DNA of 64,000 bases, taken from NCBI GenBank assembly GCA_965223545.1, contig OZ245006.1:64001-128000 (forward strand), given 5' to 3'. How positions within the stretch are numbered: position 1 is the stretch's first letter; each line of letters starts with the position of its first letter. This document shows positions 39,296 to 49,357 of the stretch, one piece after another. Source of the stretch: Planctomycetota bacterium. Lineage in GTDB: Bacteria; Planctomycetota; UBA1135; UBA2386. A program made the translations under genes and the position numbers. Below the pieces are notes generated by a model that worked only from the letters and a program-made list of their open reading frames with translations, was not told where the DNA came from and made no database searches.

Positions 39296-39630
39296 GTGTC
39301 TCGTCGCAAACGACGGAAGTTCACGGCGGAGCAGAAAGCGGAGGCGGTCCGCGTAGCCCGCAAACCCGGCAGCGCGGCGCAAGCGGCGCGTGATCTCGAC
39401 CTGAGAGAATCGTGCCTGGGACGATGGGTGAAGCAGGCTGAGATCGACGAAGGCCGCGGCAGTGCCGGGGACCTCACCAGCGACGAGCGTGAGGAGCTGC
39501 GTCGGCTGCGGCTCCAGGTCCGGGGTGCTCGAGCATGAGCGGTCGTTCCTAAGAAAGCCGCGGCCTACTTCGCCGAGGACACGGTCAACGAGAGGCGTCC
39601 AAGTTGATCGCGGCGGAACGGGCCTCGTAC
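39296..39630 (+). pseudogene. IS3-family remnant (frameshifted orfA, start of orfB)
   Basis: RRKFTAEQKAEAVR...AARDLDL.ES.L.RWVKQ...LTSDEREELRRLR with GGAGGA RBS. orfB-like LIAAERASY is cut by the next element. Confidence 0.85.
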
Positions 39631-41055
39631 GGGTGTGGATCTCGGATTTCCCCTCCGTATCGGATGCAGGATGCTAATCACGCGTCCTGGGAGGGGCGCC
39701 GTCGAAGAAAACATCGTCGTCACGGTGCCAGTTGCCTGCAAGAAGATCGTCGAACCCATGATGGCGCTCGGTACGTCGATCGCCACGCGAGCGGAGAGCG
39801 CTCGTCGAGGCGGCGAGGCCGTGGACTACTCCGCGGTCGAGCGCGAGATCGCGGAGCTGACTGCGGCGGTAAGAGCGAGCAGCGCATGAGTGCGTAATCG
39901 GAGCCATCGAGATCGACGCGCGCCGGATCGAGATCGGCGGGAGAAGGTACACCAGCGTCGGACGTGGTATGGGCACGTACTACACGTTGGCCGGCCCACT
40001 CAAGATGCCCCGCACGCTGTACCGCGAGCTCGGGGCGGGCGATGCTCCGACCGTCGACGTGATCAGCCTGCGCACGGGCGCCATCGCGGACGACTGGTTG
40101 CCGCAGACCGCCCGGGCGATGGCGCATGAGCTGCAGATGGCGACATCGCGGGAAGCCGAGAAGACCAGCAAGGAAACCGGTCGCCTTCCGTACTCACGTG
40201 CCAGCTTCGAGCGAGTGCCGCGCGAAGTTCGAGCGCTCTACCTGCGATATCGGGCCGACATCCAAGACGACCTCGTGCGCAGCCTCGAGATCCCAACAAA
40301 GGCACGTTCCGTCTCGGTGTCCCTGGATCGAGCCAGCGAGCCGATGGAGGAACCGATCGCGAGAGGTCCGGGGCGTCCACGCAAGGGGGCCCCCAAGATC
40401 AAGCGCGTGTTCCACGATGGCGTACTGCGGCACGGTGACGTTGCATGATGCTCGTGGGAAGGCGCTGTACACGATGCGCTTCGGGCAGATGCCCGGGCTC
40501 GACGCGCAAGACTCGTGCAACGCCATGGGAAACACGGTGTACCGGCTTCGGGAGAAACAGCCCGGGCTCCTGCTTCAACTGCTTGCCGACGGTGCACACG
40601 AGATGTGGAATCTGCTCGAGCCGAGCTTCCCGGTCGCAGCCTTCGGTCCACGACACTTGCTCATCGACTTCTGGCACGTCGTCGAGAAGGCGGGGCCGGC
40701 GGCAGCAGCCATCTTCGGTGCGAGCGAAGGCCGTGATGTGATGAGGCGTTGGCGGCGCCTGCTCAAGCGCCGGAAGGACGCCGGCGAGCAGATCCTCGCC
40801 GAGCTCGAGGCATCGGGCTGCGAGGAGATCGATGTCGACTCCGACGCGGAACGACCGGTCCACGATGCGATCACCTTCCTAACCAACCACGCCGATCGAC
40901 TGAACTACGCGGGCGCGATCGTGAAGGGCCTGCCGATCGGCAGCGACAGTGTCGAGGCCTCCTGTAAGACACTGGTCGGGGTTTGCATGAAGCGCGCCGG
41001 ATCGAGGTGGAAAGAAGAAACCGGCGAACACGTGATCAAGCTCCGCGCTCACTGG
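39631..41055 (+). pseudogene. Degenerate second ISKra4-like element (frameshifted, 3'-truncated transposase)
   Basis: Left end GGGTGTGGAT at 39631. Fragments in different frames are homologous to 36235-37689 (VDYSAVER.IA, GRLPYSRASFERV, MAYCGTVTLHD, IDFWHVVEK, LPIGS..VEA.CK). No right IR seen. Confidence 0.88.
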
Positions 41056-41151
41056 GTCGAGATTCACGGCAAACCCGCAGGTCACCCGTTTCCCGCAACC
41101 ATGGTTGCAAGGCAGCGCACCGGTCTCCTCACAAGACAGCGCGCGCGGTGA

Positions 41152-42171
41152 CTACTGCTCCACGCGGCGCAGCTTGGTCACCCGTCCGGCGCGCACCCAA
41201 TCCATCACGTACAGATTGCCCGCCGCATCCCAGCACGCGGAGTGCGGCGAGATGAACTCTCCCGCACGCCATTTGTTCTCGGGCACGTTGTTCTTGGCCC
41301 ACAGCTCGGGATCAGTGTTCTCGCCGAGGTGGGCGATGAGCTCGTTCTCGCTGTCGAGCAGCGTGACGCGGCCGGCGAGATCGGCGACCACCAAGGCATC
41401 ACCGTGCTGGAAGGCGTGGCACGGCCGACGCAACATGCCCTGCACCACTCCGAGCAGCTCTCCCTCCAGGTTGAAGCGCTGCAGCCGATGGTTCTCGCGG
41501 TCGCAGACGATCAGCTCGGGCGTGTCGCCGCGCGTGTCCAACCACAGCCCGTGCGGCGTGCGCATCTTGCCGGGCTCGGTCCCCGGTCCGCCGAACGAGC
41601 GCACGTAGCTTCGCTCGGCGTCGAACTGGTGCACCCAGCTGCGGCCGTAGCCGTCGGCGACGAAGATCTCGCCGCCCGGACCGACCGCCACCGCGGTGGG
41701 GCGGTACTGGTTCGCGCTCTCGTAGATGCCCGCGGTTTCGGGATACGGCAGGGTCCAGAGCACCTCGCCCTCGAGCGTGATCTTGCACACCTCGTGCCGC
41801 CCGGTATGCGCCAAGTACAGGTACTCGACGCCGTCCTCCTCGACGAGCGTCATGCCGTGCAGCCCACCTTTGAAGTCCTCGGCGAAGGCGCGCAAGAAGC
41901 GGCCGTCGGGCGCGAAGACGACGATCGCGCGCTCGGTGTCGGTGTTGACGTAGAGGTTGCCCTCGCGATCGACGACCATGCAGCCGTGGGTGTTGCCCAG
42001 GCCGCCATCCGGCGGCAGCTGCGCCCAACCGGTGACCCACTCGTAGACGTGATCGCCGGTGCCGAGCCGAATCGGATCGGCGGTGGCCTCATCGGCGGGG
42101 TCCTGAGTGGTCGGATCCTGAGCGGTCAACGGGGCGAGCAAGACCAGTAGCGTCAACGGGAGAGGCTTCAT
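41152..42171 (-). CDS. Secreted NHL-repeat beta-propeller protein
   Basis: Signal peptide. NTHG..VD..G..YV, PT.VAV.P.G..FVADGYG, TPHG..LD, CDREN.R.Q.F, SPH.AC.D..GNLYV. Confidence 0.88.
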   Translation of the reverse strand: MKPLPLTLLVLLAPLTAQDPTTQDPADEATADPIRLGTGDHVYEWVTGWAQLPPDGGLGNTHGCMVVDREGNLYVNTDTERAIVVFAPDGRFLRAFAEDFKGGLHGMTLVEEDGVEYLYLAHTGRHEVCKITLEGEVLWTLPYPETAGIYESANQYRPTAVAVGPGGEIFVADGYGRSWVHQFDAERSYVRSFGGPGTEPGKMRTPHGLWLDTRGDTPELIVCDRENHRLQRFNLEGELLGVVQGMLRRPCHAFQHGDALVVADLAGRVTLLDSENELIAHLGENTDPELWAKNNVPENKWRAGEFISPHSACWDAAGNLYVMDWVRAGRVTKLRRVEQ

Positions 42172-42205
42172 GCGTGCATCCAGGGCTTGGGTCGTACGAC
42201 GAGAG

Positions 42206-43186
42206 TCAATGGGTATGGCCGTGGTCCGGCGCGCGAATGTGGGCCAACAACGCCGCGGCGGCGTCGGCCCTCGCCGACGCCGGCCAACGCGCCAGCAGCT
42301 CGGCCAGGCCGTCGATGGCGGCGGCGTCGCGGTCGAGCTCGTGCTGGGCGCGGGCGAGCTCGAGCAGCAGCTGCGGGCGCTCGGCGCAGTCGGGGTAGCG
42401 GTGCAGGGTGTCGGACAGCAGATCGTGCGCCGGCTGCGGTTGCCGGCGGCCGGCGAGCGCGATGGCGGCGCCGAGCGCGGCGACCACCGGCCGGCCCAAG
42501 ACCCCGCCCGGATCCAGCCGGCGCGCCTGTGCCAACCGGTCGGAGGCGACCCGGTGGTCGCCGCGTTCAGCCGCCAGGTGGGCGAGCTGCTGGCACGCCG
42601 GCACCGCGATGGCGGCCACCTCGAGGGACGCCAGTGGTATCAGGATTTCCTCCGCCTGCGCAGTGCAGCCGAGAGCGGCGAGTCGAAGGCCCAGCGACAG
42701 GCGCGCGTCCGGCGCCGCGCGCCGGACGCGCAGCGCCTCCAGGGTGGGGGCTGCATCGAGGGCGCGGCGCAAGAACGCGGCGAGCACGGCGCCGCTGGCA
42801 AAGCCCCGGTGCACCGCGACCGGGCTGCCGTCGGCGGCCAGCACGCAGGTGGCGAGCACCCCGCCGCCGCCGACGAGCTGCGCGAACAGCGCGGCACAGC
42901 GGTCCGCGTCCAGCCGCACCGCGACGGTCTCGCCCACCGCCGCGCAGACCTCGGGGTGCAGCCAGCTGCTCTCCGCCATCGCGCGGCAGACCGGCCGATC
43001 GGCGCGCTCGAAGCGCACCAGCAGGGGGCGGCCAGTGCGGGCCGCGACGCGTTGGGCGGCCGGCCAATCGACGCCCCACACCGGCTCTTCCGGTGGCGCC
43101 GGGGTACAAGCGGCGACGGTGGCGAGCACCGCGCTCACCGACCCGACCCATCGCGAGGGGTTGGCCAACCGGTGGCTCCCGCTCAC
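42206..43186 (-). CDS. Lipoprotein with thioredoxin-like domain and TPR helices
   Basis: VAAC lipobox-like. W..A...A....RPLLV.F....PVC..M thioredoxin-like start and C-terminal TPR/BamD-like helices. Confidence 0.65.
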   Translation of the reverse strand: MSGSHRLANPSRWVGSVSAVLATVAACTPAPPEEPVWGVDWPAAQRVAARTGRPLLVRFERADRPVCRAMAESSWLHPEVCAAVGETVAVRLDADRCAALFAQLVGGGGVLATCVLAADGSPVAVHRGFASGAVLAAFLRRALDAAPTLEALRVRRAAPDARLSLGLRLAALGCTAQAEEILIPLASLEVAAIAVPACQQLAHLAAERGDHRVASDRLAQARRLDPGGVLGRPVVAALGAAIALAGRRQPQPAHDLLSDTLHRYPDCAERPQLLLELARAQHELDRDAAAIDGLAELLARWPASARADAAAALLAHIRAPDHGHTH

Positions 43187-44073
43187 CAGACTTCGGCGTC
43201 CAACGCCGCCATCGACCGCGCCGGCGTCAGCTGGTCGCGCGCATCGCGCTCCAGCCAGGACACCGCGCAGTCCGGATCGTGGGTGTAGAACAGAGCGCCA
43301 CCGCGGGCGTGCAGATCGCGCAGCAGTGCGGACTTCTCATCGATCAGCCGCTCGGGGTAGCGGTCGTAGCCCATGGTGATCGCGCGCCGCACCCAGGGCT
43401 GCGCCGGCACCAAGTCGCCGGCGAACACGAGCGGGCCGCGCCCGCCCGGCAGCTCGGCGAGGAGCATGCCCGGGGTGTGGCCGTTGCTGACGTGGAAACG
43501 GCCGCCGGGGCCGAGAAACCGGGTGGCGGCGGCGCGCAGCGCACTCTCGTCGCTCTCGTCGACCACCTCGAGCCGGCCGCTCGCCTCGAGCAACTCCTGC
43601 AACACCGGCACGAAGCTGGCGCGATCGCGCACGTGCGGGTCGCAGGCGCGCTGCCAGGCGCTGCGGCCGACGACGTAGCGCGCGTTGGGGAAATGCAGCG
43701 TCGGCTCGGCGTCGCTGCGCCACTGGCTCAGCAACCCGCCCGCGTGGTCGAAGTGCAGATGCGACAGCACCACCACGTCGATGCGCGCCTCGTCGAAGCC
43801 GGCGGCGGCGAGGCTGGCAAGCAGCACGTGCTCGGCCTCTTGCACGCCGTAGCGCTCGGCCAAAGTCGGCTCGAAGAACGCGCCGATCCCCGTCTCGAAC
43901 AACACGCACCGGTCGGGCTCGACCGACAGCAGCGCGCGGCACGCCAGCCGGATCCGGTTCTGGTCGTCGGCCGGCGCCCACCGCTGCCACAGCGCCTTGG
44001 GGGCGTTGCCGAACATGGCGCCGCCATCGAGGCGCTGGCTGTTGCCGAGAATCGACCAGAGACGCCGGGACAT
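43183..44073 (-). CDS. MBL-fold metallo-hydrolase (YtnP-like)
   Basis: [39 protein letters not shown]. Confidence 0.93.
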   Translation of the reverse strand: MSRRLWSILGNSQRLDGGAMFGNAPKALWQRWAPADDQNRIRLACRALLSVEPDRCVLFETGIGAFFEPTLAERYGVQEAEHVLLASLAAAGFDEARIDVVVLSHLHFDHAGGLLSQWRSDAEPTLHFPNARYVVGRSAWQRACDPHVRDRASFVPVLQELLEASGRLEVVDESDESALRAAATRFLGPGGRFHVSNGHTPGMLLAELPGGRGPLVFAGDLVPAQPWVRRAITMGYDRYPERLIDEKSALLRDLHARGGALFYTHDPDCAVSWLERDARDQLTPARSMAALDAEVW

Positions 44074-44117
44074 GCCGGGCCAGGATAGCGCGGAGAGCCG
44101 GCGAAGCCGCCCCTTCG

Positions 44118-44924
44118 TCAGGCGTGCAGGGTGCCGCGCAGCACGGTGTGCGCGCCGCCTTCCAAGCCGACGCGGTCCCCTGCCACCTCGACGTGCACCA
44201 CGCCACCGCGGGCCGACGCCTGGTAGCCGGTCAGGCGGTCGCGGCCGAGGCGCTCGCTCCAGAACGGCGCCAGCGTGCAGTGGGCCGAGCCGGTGACCGG
44301 ATCCTCGTCGACGCCGACTGCCGGGGCGAAGAAGCGGGAGACGAAGTCGGCCTGGGTCGGCGCGCTGGCGCGCGCGGTGACGATCACGCCGCGGGCGTCG
44401 AGGGCGCGCAGGGCGCTCAGGTCCGGACGCAGGGCGCGGACGGCGTCTTCGCCGTCGACCTCGCACAGCAGGTCGAAGCGCGCGCGGCCACACCACAGCG
44501 GGGTGGTCGCCAGGACCGATGCGAGCTCGGTGCGCAATGCCGCGTCGTCGAGCACGGTTGCGGGTGCGGCGGGGAAGTCGAGACCGACGCCGCGCGGCGA
44601 GGGCTTGGCACGCAACACGCCGCTGGCGGTGTGGAATTCGGCCTCGGACTGCGCCGGCAGCGCACCGGTCTCCCACAGGACGTGTGCCGTGGCGAGGGTG
44701 GCGTGTCCGCAGAGCTCGACTTCGGCCGTCGGGGTGAACCAGCGCAGATCGAAGCCGCCGCCGGGGCGCGGCACCGGGAACGCGGTCTCGGACAGGTTCA
44801 TCTCGGCGGCGACCTGCTGCATCCACTGGGGGTCGGCCGCGGCCTCGAGCAAGCAGACCGCGGCGGGATTGCCGGTGAACGGCGCGTCGGCGAACGCGTC
44901 GACGATGTGGATCGAGCATCCCAT
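44118..44924 (-). CDS. PhzF-family isomerase
   Basis: VDAF....[39 protein letters not shown]. Confidence 0.95.
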   Translation of the reverse strand: MGCSIHIVDAFADAPFTGNPAAVCLLEAAADPQWMQQVAAEMNLSETAFPVPRPGGGFDLRWFTPTAEVELCGHATLATAHVLWETGALPAQSEAEFHTASGVLRAKPSPRGVGLDFPAAPATVLDDAALRTELASVLATTPLWCGRARFDLLCEVDGEDAVRALRPDLSALRALDARGVIVTARASAPTQADFVSRFFAPAVGVDEDPVTGSAHCTLAPFWSERLGRDRLTGYQASARGGVVHVEVAGDRVGLEGGAHTVLRGTLHA

Positions 44925-45047
44925 ACCGCGAGTGTACGCGCGGTGCGGGAGCGGCACGGGAATCTCCGGGCCCGACGCGCGCTCGAGGCCCGGTTTGCGG
45001 CCGCTGGGGCTCGATCCCGGTGAGGGCTGCCGGTTAACGTCTCGGTC

Positions 45048-45845
45048 ATGAACTGGCGCTCCTCGGTCCTTCTCATCAGCCCGGTGCTTCTGCTTGCCGC
45101 GTGCAACGAAGCCACCGAACCCACCGCGGGCGGCGGCGCGACGCCCGGTACGACGTCGCGCCCCAGCGCGGCGCCGGCCGCGTTGACCGCCGAGGACGTG
45201 CACGCGGTGTGGCCGGCGGACGGGTCCACCGTGCTGTCGACCTTCGATCTCGTCGTCGGCCTGCCGGAGATGCCGGTCGACGGCCGCCTCGCGGTGCTGA
45301 TCGACGGCAACGCGGTGCCGGCCGGCACTGCGGTCACCGCGGGGGAGAATGTGCTGTTGCTGCCCGAGGGCGCAAACAGCGGTGAGATCGTGCTGCCCGC
45401 CGGCGACCAGCAGCTGTGCATCCAGGCGCTCGATTCAGCCGGCGCATCGCGCGGGCCGGAGTGGTCGACCAGCGTGTCCTACACTGTGGTCGAAGATCCC
45501 GAAGGCGGCCGCCGCGTGCGCTTCGCCTCGCCGGCGGATGGCGCGACCGTCGGCCGCACCTTCAAGGTGGTGTTCGAGGTGGAGGGCATGGGGCTGTGGC
45601 CAGCCACCGAGAAGATCCTCGACCACACGGTCGGCCACCACCACGTGCTGATCGGGCGGGGGCCGATGCCGCCGTCGATGGTCATTCCCAACGACCCGAC
45701 CCACGTGCACTACGGTCAGGCGCAGACCGAGGGCGAGCTGACGCTCGAGCCGGGCACCTACCAGCTGACGATGCAGTTCGCCGACGGCGCGCACCGCAGC
45801 TACGGCCCGCGCATGGCGGCCAGCATCGAGGTCACGGTCGAGTAG
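45048..45845 (+). CDS. DUF4399-domain lipoprotein
   Basis: LLAAC lipobox. V.F.SP.DGATV...FKV.F, GHHHVLI, HYG.AQTE..L.L.PG.Y.L..QFADG.H. Confidence 0.85.
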   Translation: MNWRSSVLLISPVLLLAACNEATEPTAGGGATPGTTSRPSAAPAALTAEDVHAVWPADGSTVLSTFDLVVGLPEMPVDGRLAVLIDGNAVPAGTAVTAGENVLLLPEGANSGEIVLPAGDQQLCIQALDSAGASRGPEWSTSVSYTVVEDPEGGRRVRFASPADGATVGRTFKVVFEVEGMGLWPATEKILDHTVGHHHVLIGRGPMPPSMVIPNDPTHVHYGQAQTEGELTLEPGTYQLTMQFADGAHRSYGPRMAASIEVTVE

Positions 45846-45932
45846 GGCAGCCCGGGCCGCGCCGAGGCCCCGCCCTGACTCGTCGGCCCCAAGTACTTGG
45901 CGTCGCAAAGTTCTCCTGGTAACCTACCGGGC

Positions 45933-46673
45933 GTGACGGTCCTCGAAGCCAGCGACGTCTATCGCTTCCACGAAGTCGACGGACGCCGGATCCCGATCCT
46001 ACGCGGTGTCAGCCTCGCGCTCACCGCCGGCGAGCTGACGACGGTGATGGGGCCGTCGGGCTCGGGCAAGTCGACGCTGCTGCACATCCTCGCCGGGCTG
46101 GACCTGCCGTCCGCCGGCCGGGTCAGCGTCGCCGGCGTGCCGATCACCGACGTCGACGAGGAGCGCCGCACGCGAGTGCGGCGGGAACAGATCGGCCTGA
46201 TCTTCCAGTTCTTCCACCTGCTGCCCGACCTGACCGTCGAGGAGAACGTCGCCCTGCCGCTGTTGATCGCCGGGCGGGATCCGGCGCGCGAGCGCGACCG
46301 GCTGCACGGACTGCTGGCCGCGCTGGAGCTGGACGACCTGCGCACGCGCCTGCCGCAGCGGCTGTCCGGCGGCGAGATGCAGCGCGTCTCGATCGCCCGT
46401 GCCCTGGTATGCGAACCGCCGGTGCTGCTCGCCGACGAGCCCACCGGCAATCTGTCGTCCAAGGTCGGCGAGGGCGTCGTCGAGCAGCTGCAGGCGATCG
46501 CGCGCCAGCAGGACACCGCCGTGCTCCTGGTGACGCACAACCCCCGCGACGCGGCGATGGGAGATCGCGTGCTGTTTCTGCACGACGGCGAAATGGACCC
46601 GACCGCAGCTCTGACCGGTGGAGGCTTCGATGCGACTGACGTCTTTCGTCGTCTGCAAGAGCTGGGCATCTAG
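45933..46673 (+). CDS. ABC transporter ATP-binding protein (LolD/MacB type)
   Basis: GPSGSGKST, LSGGEMQRV, LADEPTGNL, VTHN. Confidence 0.95.
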   Translation: MTVLEASDVYRFHEVDGRRIPILRGVSLALTAGELTTVMGPSGSGKSTLLHILAGLDLPSAGRVSVAGVPITDVDEERRTRVRREQIGLIFQFFHLLPDLTVEENVALPLLIAGRDPARERDRLHGLLAALELDDLRTRLPQRLSGGEMQRVSIARALVCEPPVLLADEPTGNLSSKVGEGVVEQLQAIARQQDTAVLLVTHNPRDAAMGDRVLFLHDGEMDPTAALTGGGFDATDVFRRLQELGI

Positions 46674-49245
46674 CCCGCTGCGCTTCGTCCTGGCCGTCGC
46701 CGGCATCGCGCTCGGCGTCGCGATTCCCGTGGCGATCCACGTCGTCGACCACAACACGATCGAGAGTCAGCTGCGCCTGCTGCGGCCGAACTTCGGCCGC
46801 GTCGACTTCGAGCTCAGCGCCGCCAACCGCGAGGTCGAGCCCGAGCTGGTCCTCGGCCGCCTGGCCGCCGATCCCGCGCTGGACGCGGTCGGGGTCATGC
46901 ACCAAGCCACAGCGCGCCTGTCGGTGCGCGGCACGGACGTCGCCCAGGTGCCGGTCTACGGCCTGCACCCCCTGCCGGCGGCGACCTTCGCGCACTATGC
47001 CGTGCACCAGGGGCGCGACCTGGATTCCGGCGACGGCGAGGACCTCACGCGGCGGGTCGACGTGCTGATCGGCCCCGGCCTGGCAGAGCAGCTGCAACTG
47101 GCGGTGGGGGACGCGGTGACGCTGTCGCCGCCCGCGATCGTGCCGGCCACGCGCTGCGTCGACGGGGTCTTGCAGCCGGTCGACGACGGGCGCGTCGCGG
47201 CAGCGGCGGCGGGGGTGCGCATCGAGGCCGAGGTCGCCGGCATTCTCGCCAGCCAGCGGCTGGGGCGGCGCGACGACGGCCGCGCGATCGTCGCCAGCTG
47301 GCCGGTCGCCCGTGCCCTGGCGCCGATGACGGCGCCGCTGTTCCAGGTCAACCGCGCCGCCGGCGTCGACGCCGACGTGTTGCGGCGCGAGCTGTCGACC
47401 GAGTTCGAGGTGCTCGACGAGCGATCGGCGCTGCTCGGCGAGAGCGCGGACGAGCGCGCGTTCCGCAACGGCGTCAAGGTGCTCGGCTGCCTCGCCCTGG
47501 TGCTGGGCATGTTCGTCATCTTCCAGACCCTGTCCCAGTCGCTGGTCGAACGCTTGAGCCAGATCGGCCTGCTGCGCTGCCTCGGCGCCTCGCGCGGCGC
47601 GGTCGCGTCGGTCTTCACCGTCGATGCCGTCGCCACCGCGCTGCTCGGCTCCGTGCTGGGCATCGGCCTGGGCCTGCTGCTGGCGTGGGGCCTGGCGCAG
47701 CTCCGGTTCAGCACCTTGGGCGGCGCCAAGCAGATCGTGACCTCCGAGGTGCCGTGGAGTCCCGTGCTGTGGACGGCGGCGCTCGGCGTCTCGTTCACCC
47801 TGCTCGGTGCGGCGTTCCCGCTGGTCAAGGCACGCAACGTGCCCGCGCTGCAGATCCTCCACACGCGCGGCATGCGGGCGGACGACACCGGCGGCGAGAT
47901 CTACGCGCTGCGCGGCGTCAACGTGTTCCTGTTCCTGCTGCTGGCGGTGGTGCTGCCGCTGGCCTACTTGGCGATGACACCCATCCTGGCCGAGGGCGGT
48001 GGCGAGACGCTGGCGGTCCTCTCACAGCTCGGCGGCATGATCTTGGTGTTCGGCGGCGTGCTGCTGCTGTCGCCGCGCCTGGTGCGCGGCCTGGGGCACG
48101 CGGTCTTGAGCGTCGTGCGCGGCCGCGCGCCGCTGCCCGCGTTTCTGGTCGGGCAGGCGCTGCGCCGCAGCCCCGGCCGCTTCTCGGCCGCGGTTTGCGG
48201 GCTCTCGGTGGTGCTGATGGCGTTCGTCGCCCTGCACGGCATCACCGCCGCGCTGCGCGGGGACGCGCATCGGTTCGACGCCGAGGTGATGCGCGGCGCT
48301 CTGTACGTGCAGCTGCACCCGACCACGCGCACCACCGTCGCCGAGACGCTCGGCCGGCTGTCGCAGCTCGAGCACTTCGAGATCTTGGAGGGCGAGGCGC
48401 GGCCGCGCTTTCCACTGCGCGGCCTGACCGCGGAGGCGCTGGTGCGGCCGGGCGGTGTGCTGGCGGACGCGCCCGAGCTGGCCGAGGTCTACGCGCGGCA
48501 GCGCAGCCTGATCGCCAGCCGGCGGTTGGCCCACGTGCGCGGCTGGCAGGAGAACGACGTCGTGTCGCTGCTCACCGATTCCGGTCCGCGCACCTACACC
48601 GTGCTGGCGGTCTCCGATGCTGCCGGGTTCTTTCCGGACGACCGCGCCTGGGCCGTCGCCGCACCCGCCTACGTGCGGGCAGACTTCTGTGCGGGGATCC
48701 ACGGCGTCGAGCAGGTGGCGGTGTGGCCACGGGCGGACACCGACCGGGCAGCGCTGATGGCAGCGCTGCAGGAAGCGCTGCCGGTGGCGAAGCTCGAGTT
48801 CGGCGACGCGCTGACTGCCTACACCGTGCGCGACGTCGACCGCGACTTCCGCTTGTTCCACATCCTGCTGTGGCTGATCGTCGGTCTCGCCGCAGTCGGC
48901 CTGATCAACACGATGACGATCGCGGCGATCGGCCGCCGGCGCGAGCTGGGCGTGCTGCGCGCCCTGGGCGTCGACCGCCGCGGCCTGCGGGCGACGTTCC
49001 TGTTGGAAGGCACCGTCGTCGGCGTCCTGGCCGCTGGCTTGGCGCTGGTGCTGGCCGTACCGATGACCTGGGTCGTCGTGCAAGGCCTGCGGAGCGTCTC
49101 CGGTCTCGACGTGCCGTTCGCGGTGCCGTGGGGCTGGGTCGTGGCGGTACCGCTGATCGGTCTGGCCGTCGGCTGGCTCTCCGGTTTGATCCCCGGCACC
49201 CGCATGGCCCGCGAGGACATCGTCGCGGCGGTGCGCTACGAGTGA
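46630..49245 (+). CDS. ABC transporter permease (FtsX/MacB-like, duplicated)
   Basis: Two FtsX-type motifs (ER..QIGLLRCLGA; RRRELGVLRALG) and multiple TM helices. Confidence 0.9.
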   Translation: MRLTSFVVCKSWASSPLRFVLAVAGIALGVAIPVAIHVVDHNTIESQLRLLRPNFGRVDFELSAANREVEPELVLGRLAADPALDAVGVMHQATARLSVRGTDVAQVPVYGLHPLPAATFAHYAVHQGRDLDSGDGEDLTRRVDVLIGPGLAEQLQLAVGDAVTLSPPAIVPATRCVDGVLQPVDDGRVAAAAAGVRIEAEVAGILASQRLGRRDDGRAIVASWPVARALAPMTAPLFQVNRAAGVDADVLRRELSTEFEVLDERSALLGESADERAFRNGVKVLGCLALVLGMFVIFQTLSQSLVERLSQIGLLRCLGASRGAVASVFTVDAVATALLGSVLGIGLGLLLAWGLAQLRFSTLGGAKQIVTSEVPWSPVLWTAALGVSFTLLGAAFPLVKARNVPALQILHTRGMRADDTGGEIYALRGVNVFLFLLLAVVLPLAYLAMTPILAEGGGETLAVLSQLGGMILVFGGVLLLSPRLVRGLGHAVLSVVRGRAPLPAFLVGQALRRSPGRFSAAVCGLSVVLMAFVALHGITAALRGDAHRFDAEVMRGALYVQLHPTTRTTVAETLGRLSQLEHFEILEGEARPRFPLRGLTAEALVRPGGVLADAPELAEVYARQRSLIASRRLAHVRGWQENDVVSLLTDSGPRTYTVLAVSDAAGFFPDDRAWAVAAPAYVRADFCAGIHGVEQVAVWPRADTDRAALMAALQEALPVAKLEFGDALTAYTVRDVDRDFRLFHILLWLIVGLAAVGLINTMTIAAIGRRRELGVLRALGVDRRGLRATFLLEGTVVGVLAAGLALVLAVPMTWVVVQGLRSVSGLDVPFAVPWGWVVAVPLIGLAVGWLSGLIPGTRMAREDIVAAVRYE

Positions 49246-49357
49246 GGCCTCCCGCCGCCATCCTCGAAGACCACGCCTGACGCGGCCGACGGCAGAGCCA
49301 CGGGATTTCGCCTGTTTCCCCTTTTCCCAGGACCATCGCTGCCTACAACGCTGCGGC

